Translations under genes and position numbers: made by a program | The notes under the pieces: model-generated | Databases searched by the model: none | What the model saw: the letters and a program-made list of their open reading frames with translations, nothing else | What the model was told of the DNA's origin: nothing | Shown here: positions 45,742 through 54,089 of the stretch, one piece after another | How positions within the stretch are numbered: position 1 is the first letter of the stretch | How the letters are laid out: every line of letters starts with the position of its first letter | DNA from: an uncultured bacterium | GTDB lineage: Bacteria; Acidobacteriota; Vicinamibacteria; Vicinamibacterales; UBA2999 | Direction: 5' to 3' | Length of the DNA stretch: 64,000 nucleotides | Assembly (NCBI GenBank): GCA_963923455.1 | Contig: CAWULT010000005.1 | Location: 3,003 to 67,002 of the forward strand

Positions 45742-46797
45742 GTGAGGGTCGAACTGCGTGACCCGGGCGATCTGGCGACGCTGCCGCCGTTCGACCTGGC
45801 GCACGTCTTCAACCTGCAGATGCCCGACACGGCCGCGGAGGTGTTCGGCGCCGTCGCGGGCAGGCCGGTCGCGTTCTCGCCGATCTACTGGGACACCTAC
45901 GCGTTCTGGTTCGAGGCTGCGTCCGAGTCGCGTCCGCTGTGGCGCTGGGCGGCCCGACTGCTCGGCAAGGAGCGGGCCCGCGCGAAGTACATCGCGTGGC
46001 AGCGTTCGAAGGAGCCGAGGAACGCCTCGTGGCGGCTGCAACGGTCGCTGCTGGAGCAGGCCGGCCGCGTGCTGCCGAACTCGGCCGTCGAAGGCGAGCT
46101 GCTGCGCGACATCTTCGCGCTGCCGGCGTCGTTCAGGGACCGGATCGACGTGATCCCGAACGCGATCGACACGGCCGCGTACGGCGAGCGCCCCGCGCCG
46201 AGCGCCGCGTTCCTGGCGCAGCACGGTCTGCGCGACTTCGTGATGCAGACGGGCACGATCTCGCCCGTCAAGAACCAGCTCGGGCTGATCGAGGCGCTCT
46301 TCGACCTGCCCGTGCCGATCGTGTTCGTCGGTCACACGCCGGAGGCGATGCAGCCCTACGCCGAGCGCTGTCGCGCCCGGGCGCGCGAGCGCGGTAACGT
46401 CCTCTTCATCGATCACCTGCCGGCGAGCGAGCTGCCCGGCATCTACGCGCTGGCGGCGGTTCACGTCCTGCCCAGCTGGCGGGAAACGCCCGGGCTCGTC
46501 TCGCTCGAGGCCGCCGCCTGCGGCGCGCGGATCGTCAGCACGTCGATCGGGTCGGCGCAGGAATACTTCGGCGAGATCGCGTGGTACTGCCATCCGAGCG
46601 ACACCGCATCGATCCGGCGCGCGGTCGAGGCGGCGCTCGCCGCACCACCGACCGACGCGCTGCGGCGCCGCGTGATCGACACCTTCACGTGGCAGCGGAC
46701 GGCCGAGGCGACGCTGGCGTCGTACGAGCGGCTGCTCGGGCGCGTGGCGCCGCGGTCGCCGGCCGACACCCTTCATCCAGAACCCACAGGACGGTAG
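45742..46797 (+). CDS. GT4 (GT-B fold) glycosyltransferase whose conserved N-terminus lies upstream of the first canonical start
   Basis: The first ATG/GTG/TTG in frame is GTG 45742. The in-frame upstream translation from 45640 (T-RVLFINARPDALRNPGGDTVQ...) is the normal GT4 N-terminus. The C-terminal motif is VLPSWRETPGLVSLEAAACGARIVST. Confidence 0.7.
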   Translation: MRVELRDPGDLATLPPFDLAHVFNLQMPDTAAEVFGAVAGRPVAFSPIYWDTYAFWFEAASESRPLWRWAARLLGKERARAKYIAWQRSKEPRNASWRLQRSLLEQAGRVLPNSAVEGELLRDIFALPASFRDRIDVIPNAIDTAAYGERPAPSAAFLAQHGLRDFVMQTGTISPVKNQLGLIEALFDLPVPIVFVGHTPEAMQPYAERCRARARERGNVLFIDHLPASELPGIYALAAVHVLPSWRETPGLVSLEAAACGARIVSTSIGSAQEYFGEIAWYCHPSDTASIRRAVEAALAAPPTDALRRRVIDTFTWQRTAEATLASYERLLGRVAPRSPADTLHPEPTGR

Positions 46798-46802
46798 CGG
46801 AT

Positions 46803-47948
46803 ATGGACTTCTCCTGGTCTGACGATCAACTGGCCTTCAAGGACGCCGTGGTGGAGTTCGCGCGGCAGCAGCTCAATCACGACATCATCGAGCGCGACCG
46901 GGACTCACGATACTCGCGCGAGCTGTGGAAGGAGTGCGCGAAGTTCGGCATCCAGGGACTGCCGTTCCCGGAGGAGTACGGCGGTGGCAACGCCGACATC
47001 CTCACGACGATGCTGACGATGGAGGGCATGGGTTACGGCTGCAAGGACAACGGCCTCATCTTCGGCCTCAACGCGCAGATGTGGGCGGTCCAGATGCCGA
47101 TCCTGACGTTCGGCACCGACGAGCAGAAGCGGAAGTACCTGCCCGGTCTCATCGGCGGCGATCTGGTCGGCGCCCACGGCATCTCGGAGCCCGACTCGGG
47201 CTCCGACGCCTTCAGCCTGCGGACGCGCGCGCAGAAGGTGGACGGCGGCTACGTGCTCAACGGCACGAAGACGTTCGTGACGAACGGGCCGATGGCCGAC
47301 CTTCATCTCGTGTTCGCCACGGTCGATCCGGCCCGCAAGATGATGGGCGTCACCGGCTTCCTGGTCGAGACCGGCACTCCAGGGTTCGTCATCGGCCCGA
47401 AGATCGACAAGATGGGCCTCCGCACGTCGCCGATGTCGGAACTGATCCTGACCGACTGCTTCCTGCCGGAGTCCAGCCGGCTGGGCCGGGAGGGGATCGG
47501 GTCGCGGATCTTCGGTGATGCGATGGAGTGGGAGCGGGCGTGCATCCTCGGCAGCCACCTGGGGGCGATGCAGCGCCTGATCGAGCGGTGCGTCGAGCAC
47601 TCGCGCGATCGCAAGCAGTTCGGCGAGTCGATCGGCCGATTCCAGTCGGTGTCGAACCGCATCGTCGACATGAAGGTGCGGCTCGAGACCGCCCGCCTGC
47701 TGCTCTACAAGGTGGCGTGGCTGAAGAAGACGGGGAAGCCGGCGGTGATGGAGGCGGCGCTCGCGAAACTGTATCTGAGCGAGGCGTTCGTCCAGAGCGG
47801 GCTGGACGCCGTGCGCACGATGGGTGGCTACGGGTACACGACGGAGTACGAAGTGGAGCGCGACTTCCGCGACTCGATCGGAGGCATCCTCTACTCCGGG
47901 ACCTCCGACATCCAGCGCAACATCATCGCGAGGTTGATGGGCCTCTGA
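46803..47948 (+). CDS. Acyl-CoA dehydrogenase-family flavoenzyme
   Basis: 381 aa starting at ATG 46803. Motifs are GAHGISEPDSGSDA, TKTFVTNG and GGYGYTTEYEVERDFRD (catalytic-Glu region). Confidence 0.85.
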   Translation: MDFSWSDDQLAFKDAVVEFARQQLNHDIIERDRDSRYSRELWKECAKFGIQGLPFPEEYGGGNADILTTMLTMEGMGYGCKDNGLIFGLNAQMWAVQMPILTFGTDEQKRKYLPGLIGGDLVGAHGISEPDSGSDAFSLRTRAQKVDGGYVLNGTKTFVTNGPMADLHLVFATVDPARKMMGVTGFLVETGTPGFVIGPKIDKMGLRTSPMSELILTDCFLPESSRLGREGIGSRIFGDAMEWERACILGSHLGAMQRLIERCVEHSRDRKQFGESIGRFQSVSNRIVDMKVRLETARLLLYKVAWLKKTGKPAVMEAALAKLYLSEAFVQSGLDAVRTMGGYGYTTEYEVERDFRDSIGGILYSGTSDIQRNIIARLMGL

Positions 47949-48111
47949 CACGCCCGCGGCTGCGCCCCTGCGCGGCCGGCGCGCCTGCCCTTGGGCATCG
48001 ATCGGGCCGGCCCAGATCCTCGGCCAGTCGAGTGCGCGGGCGCCTCCCCCGCGCCATGGCGGCTGCCCAACCGAGGAAGAATCCCTCCGCCCGCAGACTA
48101 TTGTCTCAAAT

Positions 48112-48134
48112 ACCCGGCCGACAGCCGGGTGTTT
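48112..48134 (+). terminator. Possible intrinsic terminator at the end of the long + strand operon
   Basis: The hairpin is ACCCGGC-cgaca-GCCGGGT (7-bp stem) followed by GTTTCG. It lies 164 nt after the ACAD stop. The U-tract is weak. Confidence 0.3.
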
Positions 48135-48295
48135 CGCGTGCGCCGGTGCCTGTCGGTGCGCGTGGTTTCCTTGCCTCAAGCCAATTTCGTAATTGGCGCG
48201 AATGTTGACTCTGGACTGCTCGCGAGACGGGCCGGAGTGCGACAATAGCGGAGCGTCTCGCGGGGATCGTTTACTGCGTTTCGAATGGTCGAGAG

Positions 48296-50356
48296 ATGAA
48301 GATATCGAGCATCGTCGGGTTCGTATTCGCTGTCGGGGCGTCAGTTGCGGCAGTCCCACAGGCTTCGTTCGGTCAGGGCGTGGACTACGCGCTGCGCTTC
48401 GATGGACGCAGCGACTTCGTGACGCTCGCACCGACGGCCTCGATGATGGCCGCGACGTGGCCGTCGACCAAGTCGGTGAGCCTCTGGGTCAATCCCGTCG
48501 GAACCCCTTTCTGCTCGGCACCGTCGCCGGCGTCCTGCGACGCGATCTTCGGTGACAGGCCGCGGAGCTGGGGCATTTCGCGAGGGGTGATCAACGGCAA
48601 CGATCGGATCTGGGTCTGGAACTACGACGGGACGATGGACATGATCGGCGTGCCCTACACGGCCGGTCAATGGACGCACATCGCCCTCGTGCATGGCGGT
48701 GGCGTGCTGAGCGCCTACAAGAACGGCGCGCTCGTCTCGAGCATTCCGAGCGGAAACACCGTCGTCGTGACCGGCCAGGCGTTGCAGTTCGGCGGCATCA
48801 TCAGCAACTCGACGTCCAATTGGACGTTCGAGGGCGACGTGGACGAGCTGCAGATCTGGAATACCGCGCGAACTGCGGTCGAGATTTCGCAGACCTACAA
48901 CGTGATGCTCACGGGTGCCGAGGCCGGACTGGCAGCCTACTATCGCATGTCGAACGGCTCGGGCACGGCGCTGACGGACAACTCGGGTCGTGGCTGGTCG
49001 GGCTCACTCAGGGATGGAGCCAACGGAGTGCCGGCCGACGGGGCGATCGCCTGGGTGACGCCTGGGCCGCTCAGCGGGGGCGTGTCGATCAACAATCCCC
49101 CGGTCGCCAATCCCCAAAGCGTGGTCACGGACGAGGATGTCGCGCTCGGTATCACGCTGACGGGTGCTGATCCTGACAACAATCCAATCACCTTCCGCGT
49201 CGTCGTCCCGCCGTCGCGCGGAACGTTGTCGGGGGCTGCGCCCAATCTGACCTACACGCCGGGCGCGAATCTCAACGGACCGGACAGCTTCACATTCGTG
49301 GCCAACGACGGCTTTGTCGACTCGGCGCCGCAGACCGTGTCGATTTCGGTCGTGCCGGTCAACGACGCTCCCGTCGCCAACGCCGATTCGGCGTCGACGG
49401 CCCAGGACACGCAGGTGCTCATCAACGTGCTGACGAACGACACCGACGTCGAGGGAGGCCCCCTGAGCGTCGTTAGCGTCGGCACGGCCGCACACGGAAC
49501 CCTGGCGCACGATGGAACCGTGATCACCTACCTGCCCGAGGCCGGCTTCGCCGGGACCGACACGTTCACCTACACGGTGTCCGACGGCGCTGCCACGGCA
49601 TCCGCGATCGTCAGCGTCAACGTGCGTCGCCCGGGGGGGGACCCGGGGTATGCCGTTCGCTTCGACGGCGTGAGCGACATCGCCCGGATGACCTACACCG
49701 CCACGGTCATGGGTCCCGGCTGGGAGAGCCGCAAGACCGTGAGCATGTGGCTGAAGCCGACGGGCACCGCCCAGTGCATCAGCAACGCCACGCAGTGCGA
49801 CGAGATCTTCGGCGACACGCCGGAGTGGTGGGGCATTTCGCGCGGGCCCTATCTCAACGGTCCCGACAAGATCTGGGTATGGAATTTCTCGAACAACCGC
49901 CTGCAGATCATCGGGGTGCCCTACGTGGTCGACCAGTGGATGCACCTGGCCATGGTCCACGAGAACGGTGTTCTCTACGCCTACAAGAACGGCGTGCTGG
50001 TCGGCAGCGTCGCCAGCGGGGCCACGCAGCAGCCGTCGACGGGCGGGTTGCCGATCCTGGGCTTCGGCGGCATCATCATGGGCTCGCGTGCGCCAGCCTT
50101 CTCCGGCGAGATCGACGAGCTGGCCCTGTGGAACGTCGCTCGCACGGCCGAGCAGCTGCAGAAGGACATGTCGCAGGGCATGGTCGGCGACGAACTCGGC
50201 CTGCGGGCCTACTACCGGATGTCGAACGGCTCGGGCATGACGATCACCGACGACACGGGCCACGGGTTCACCGCCACGCTCTACGACGGCGTGCAGCAGG
50301 TTCCGCCGGACGGCCCTCCGCAGTGGGTGCCGTCAGGGGCGTTCTCGCTGCCGTAG
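48296..50356 (+). CDS. Secreted LamG(ConA-like lectin)-cadherin-like-LamG protein
   Basis: Signal peptide MKISSIVGFVFAVGASVAAVPQA. There are two about 235-aa LamG_3-like copies (from Y31 and Y452) with DELQIWN/DELALWN and YYRMSNGSG. Two Ig/cadherin-like repeats lie between them (NPPVANPQSVVTDED..., NDAPVANADSAST...TNDTDVEG). Confidence 0.7.
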   Translation: MKISSIVGFVFAVGASVAAVPQASFGQGVDYALRFDGRSDFVTLAPTASMMAATWPSTKSVSLWVNPVGTPFCSAPSPASCDAIFGDRPRSWGISRGVINGNDRIWVWNYDGTMDMIGVPYTAGQWTHIALVHGGGVLSAYKNGALVSSIPSGNTVVVTGQALQFGGIISNSTSNWTFEGDVDELQIWNTARTAVEISQTYNVMLTGAEAGLAAYYRMSNGSGTALTDNSGRGWSGSLRDGANGVPADGAIAWVTPGPLSGGVSINNPPVANPQSVVTDEDVALGITLTGADPDNNPITFRVVVPPSRGTLSGAAPNLTYTPGANLNGPDSFTFVANDGFVDSAPQTVSISVVPVNDAPVANADSASTAQDTQVLINVLTNDTDVEGGPLSVVSVGTAAHGTLAHDGTVITYLPEAGFAGTDTFTYTVSDGAATASAIVSVNVRRPGGDPGYAVRFDGVSDIARMTYTATVMGPGWESRKTVSMWLKPTGTAQCISNATQCDEIFGDTPEWWGISRGPYLNGPDKIWVWNFSNNRLQIIGVPYVVDQWMHLAMVHENGVLYAYKNGVLVGSVASGATQQPSTGGLPILGFGGIIMGSRAPAFSGEIDELALWNVARTAEQLQKDMSQGMVGDELGLRAYYRMSNGSGMTITDDTGHGFTATLYDGVQQVPPDGPPQWVPSGAFSLP

Positions 50357-50422
50357 GCCGTCCGCGACGAGCCTCGAGCGGCAGGGCGTCAACCCTGCCG
50401 TTCGAGGTGTCGCACGCCTCAC

Positions 50423-51508
50423 ATGAACCGCCAGTACAGCGCGATGAGCGGAGCGGCGATCGTCCTGATCGTCCTCAATCACGCCATCCATTTCGGGTTG
50501 CAGGCTTCGCCGGCGAGCGGTCCGTGGCCGTACATCCTGACGGTGCTGCAGGCGCTGGGCGGCTTCGCCGTGCCGGCCTTCTTGTTCATTTCCGGGGCGT
50601 TCCTGTCCTACTCGGCCGGGCGGCTCTCGCCGGAGTTCATCAAGACCAACCTTGGCCGGCTCCTCTGGCCGTACCTGATCTGGTCGCTGCTGTTCTACGG
50701 CCTCGTCTTCGTGGTCGGCGCGGAGCGCTACTCGGTGGCGGGCTACGCGAAGAACCTGATCGTCGGCTATCCCTACCACTTCGTGCCGCTGCTCGTGTTC
50801 TGGTACCTGTCGGCGCCGCTGCTCGTGAAGATCGGACGGCGGCACGCCTGGCCGCTGCTGGTGGGCATTGCCGCGTACCAGGCGGTGCTGCTCGTCGGGC
50901 GGTATCCCGATCTGTTCGGCGTGCCGGGCCTGGCGCCGTGGGCGAAGCTGGTGCGCGTGCCCGTGTTGGCGACGCCGATGTCGGACTGGGCGGTCTTCTT
51001 TCCGCTGGGGCTCGTGGTCAGCATGCACGACCGGGAGCTCAAGCCGAGACTCATGGGCCGTCGGCTGCTGATGGCGCTGCTGACCGGGTCGCTGCTGTGC
51101 CTGGGGCTGCTCGACGCGTTCAGGATGGTGTCGGCCCCGTGGGCGCGGTTCGTGGCGCCGCTGCCCCTGATGTTCGTGCTGCCGGTGATCAGCCGTGACG
51201 CCATCCCGTACTGGCGCGGTCTCGAGGCTCTCGGCAAGCGAAGTTACGGCATCTACCTGAGCCACTTCATCGTGATCAATCTGGCGGCCTACGCGGTATC
51301 GGCCCTTGGTCTGGCGGCGGGCATCGGCGCCGTGCTGGTGTATCCGGCGCTGCTGATCGTGGCGATCGGCGTGCCCGTGCTGATGATGGATGTGCTGACA
51401 CGCCCGGTCTCAGTGCGGCGCGTCTACCGGCACCTGTTCGGGATCGCCCCGCCCCCACCGCCTGCGCCGGTTCAGCGCTCCGGCGCCAAGGCGCCGATGC
51501 CGGCCTAG
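50423..51508 (+). CDS. Acyltransferase family 3 (AT3) membrane acyltransferase
   Basis: 361 aa, about 10 TM helices. Motifs are AAIVLIVLNHAIHFG and a C-terminal YGIYLSHF. Confidence 0.8.
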   Translation: MNRQYSAMSGAAIVLIVLNHAIHFGLQASPASGPWPYILTVLQALGGFAVPAFLFISGAFLSYSAGRLSPEFIKTNLGRLLWPYLIWSLLFYGLVFVVGAERYSVAGYAKNLIVGYPYHFVPLLVFWYLSAPLLVKIGRRHAWPLLVGIAAYQAVLLVGRYPDLFGVPGLAPWAKLVRVPVLATPMSDWAVFFPLGLVVSMHDRELKPRLMGRRLLMALLTGSLLCLGLLDAFRMVSAPWARFVAPLPLMFVLPVISRDAIPYWRGLEALGKRSYGIYLSHFIVINLAAYAVSALGLAAGIGAVLVYPALLIVAIGVPVLMMDVLTRPVSVRRVYRHLFGIAPPPPPAPVQRSGAKAPMPA

Positions 51509-51520
51509 CCGCACCCCCGG

Positions 51521-52633
51521 ATGGTCAGGCGGCTGCTCGCACTGAACGGGATTGCGGCCATCTTCGCCGTGGTCCATCACTCGGTGAACTGGGGCATCAC
51601 GGCGATGTTCTGGTGGGCGCCGCAGTATCGCACGGGGGCATCTGTTCCGGACTACGCGGCGTTGGGCGGGCTGCAGTACTTCGCCATCCGAGCCATCGAC
51701 CAGGTGGTCGTGTCGGCCGTGCCCGCGTTCCTGTTCGTGAGCGGCTACTTCGTGGCGAGCAGCGTCGGCGCCCGCCCGACGCTCGCGTGGGACAACGTGG
51801 TCAGCCGTGTCAGGACGCTGTTGCCTGCGTACCTGCTGTGGTCGCTGCTCGTGATCGGGTTCAACATGGTCAACGGCGCGCAGTACACCTGGTCTCGGGT
51901 GGCCTGGGCGCTGGTGACCGGCGGTGCCGCGGCGCCGTTCTACTACGTGCCGCTGGTCGTCGAGCTCTACGTGCTTTCCCGCTGGCTCGCGCCATGGGTC
52001 CGCCGTTCCGCGGGCCTGGTGCTGCTGGTGACGGGCCTCGCCCAGGCGTCGGTGGCGCTCGTCAGGAGTTGCTCCGTCGCCGCCCTCGACGCCTGCACGC
52101 CCGATCACGCCGTCGCGCGCCTGGCGGTGAATTCCCAGTTGCTGTCCTACTGCTTCTGGTTCGCGCTCGGCCTGGCGGCCTCGTTCCACATGCCCGCGTT
52201 CAAAGCCACGCTGCGTCGATTGCGCCCAGTGCTGCCCTGGCTGCTGGTCGCACTGTTCGTGGCGGCTGCAGGAGAGTGGGAGGTCGTGCGGAGGCTGTCG
52301 GGCCGCACGTGGGTGCCGAGCGGCGTGGGAATCGGCGACAACCTGTTCGAGCTCGCGCTGCTGCTGACGTACCTCGCGCACGATGACGGGCCGCTCCCGT
52401 GGGCGGCCCCGCTCGAGCGGGTTGGGGTGATGTCGTACGGCATCTACCTCGTGCACATGCCCGTGCTCGAAGTGGCGGCCCGGGTGCTCTATCACCTCAG
52501 CCCGTTTCTGCTCGCCTATCAGGTGGTGCTGATGGCCGCCGTCTCGGCGGTTGGCGTGGGGGCTCCGATGCTGCTGATGAGGTTCGCGAAGAGTTCCCCC
52601 CTGCGCCGGTACTACGCGTACGCCTTCGGGTAG
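51521..52633 (+). CDS. Acyltransferase family 3 (AT3) membrane acyltransferase
   Basis: 370 aa. Motifs are MVRRLLALNGIAAIFAVVHH and YGIYLVHMP. It is paralogous to 30362-31468 and 50423-51508. Confidence 0.8.
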   Translation: MVRRLLALNGIAAIFAVVHHSVNWGITAMFWWAPQYRTGASVPDYAALGGLQYFAIRAIDQVVVSAVPAFLFVSGYFVASSVGARPTLAWDNVVSRVRTLLPAYLLWSLLVIGFNMVNGAQYTWSRVAWALVTGGAAAPFYYVPLVVELYVLSRWLAPWVRRSAGLVLLVTGLAQASVALVRSCSVAALDACTPDHAVARLAVNSQLLSYCFWFALGLAASFHMPAFKATLRRLRPVLPWLLVALFVAAAGEWEVVRRLSGRTWVPSGVGIGDNLFELALLLTYLAHDDGPLPWAAPLERVGVMSYGIYLVHMPVLEVAARVLYHLSPFLLAYQVVLMAAVSAVGVGAPMLLMRFAKSSPLRRYYAYAFG

Positions 52634-53004
52634 CCCACGTAGTCCCCGCCCACCGCACCTCCATGCAGGCCGGCGTGACAGAAGCCGACGGCGCTGCATC
52701 GTGTCGAGACAGTGCCGACGGCCGCGCCGTTTCGTCCGGGCGGCCGGCCTGGCGGCCAAGTCCAAGAAATCTCCGGCATTTCCTTCGTCTTCCGCCGCAA
52801 TGCCGGACGGGCACTCTTCTTGCACGCTTCCCCTTCGAAATTCGGTGTCGAGGCCGTAGACTGACGAGTGGCGGGTAGTTGCGTCCATTCGGACGTCGGG
52901 GCGACCGACCGATTCTGAAAACGCCGTTACAGAGTCGCCGGGCCCGCCGAACGCGGCCCGCCAATTCGGGCAGTCTGGGCCGGAGCCGGACTCTCTTCGG
53001 AGGA

Positions 53005-54081
53005 ATGCGCGTGAGGACGTCCGTCAGAGGAACGCTTGTCTGTGTGCTGCTGCTGCTCCCCGCGGTGGCGCGTGCCCAGGCGATCGTGGTCGATCACACC
53101 TCGATCGGCCTGTTCGACCAGATACCCGACCAGTACTTGCAGGCCGCCCGCAACCTGCGGTTCCTGTTTATGGACCGGTCGGTGGGCGTCAACACGAACG
53201 ACGCACTGAACTGCCTGACGGCCTCCGCGTACGGGACCTCGGCGTCCCCGTGCCGGCAGGATTACCAGTTCGTCAACGGCGCCTGGCAGCAGACGCTGCG
53301 CAACGATGCCGCAAAGGCGGCCGGGCAGGTGCACCCGTACATCGACTTCTCGCCGAGCCCGACCAGGTACAACCGCAGCAACTGGGACTTCTACCTGTTC
53401 TACGGCCCCTGGGAGACGATGACCTCCAACTTCGTCTCGGGACTCCACAACTCGTCGATCCCGGCCCAGGAGCATCCGACCAACGCGAACGTCCAGGTGA
53501 ATCCGCTGAACTACGACGTCGTGTCGTTCCAGTTCAGCTACCTCAACGTCGACAACGGCAGCCGGATCATGGAGTTCTTCTCGAACCGCTCCGGTGAACT
53601 GAACGACGCCTACGAGCTCGAGCGCGAGATCGCCGACCACCTCACGTCGAACGGCAACCGCAAGTTCGTCTACTTCACGACGAGCCTGGCGCGTTCCATC
53701 GGCACCCAGGTGTCCATGGACTTCAATGCGCGGATGCGCGAGTGGTGCCGGACGACCAACTGCATCCTGTTCGACTTCGCCGACATCGAGGCGTATGACA
53801 TGGCCGGCCGTCCGTGCTACGACGACCGCGACGGCGTGCCGTACACGCAGCCGAACAACGCCAGCCTCAACGAGAACTACCCGGACGACGGGCTGAACAT
53901 CCCGGCGATCTGCCAGGAGAAGACGACCGAGGCCATCAACGGGCACCTGACGACGGCCCAGGGGAACATCAGCATCGCCAAGGGGCTGTGGGTGCTGCTG
54001 GCCCGGATCGCCGGCTGGAACCCGGGCGGGACCTCTCAGGGTCCGGCCCCGCCCACCAATATCCGGATTCTGGGCGAGTGA
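53005..54081 (+). CDS. Secreted hypothetical protein
   Basis: The start is ATG 53005 or GTG 53011, the latter 6 nt after GGAGGA. The signal peptide is [23 protein letters not shown]. It has several Cys pairs and no motif I recognise. Confidence 0.5.
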   Translation: MRVRTSVRGTLVCVLLLLPAVARAQAIVVDHTSIGLFDQIPDQYLQAARNLRFLFMDRSVGVNTNDALNCLTASAYGTSASPCRQDYQFVNGAWQQTLRNDAAKAAGQVHPYIDFSPSPTRYNRSNWDFYLFYGPWETMTSNFVSGLHNSSIPAQEHPTNANVQVNPLNYDVVSFQFSYLNVDNGSRIMEFFSNRSGELNDAYELEREIADHLTSNGNRKFVYFTTSLARSIGTQVSMDFNARMREWCRTTNCILFDFADIEAYDMAGRPCYDDRDGVPYTQPNNASLNENYPDDGLNIPAICQEKTTEAINGHLTTAQGNISIAKGLWVLLARIAGWNPGGTSQGPAPPTNIRILGE

Positions 54082-54089
54082 GTTCGGGC

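Noticed and set aside
48181-48196. Palindrome CCAATTtcgtAATTGG, with TTGACT 9 nt downstream, ahead of the LamG gene. It could be an operator/promoter.
   Set aside because: The arms are only 6 bp and no matching -10 lies at the proper spacing from TTGACT. It is plausible but cannot be supported from sequence alone.
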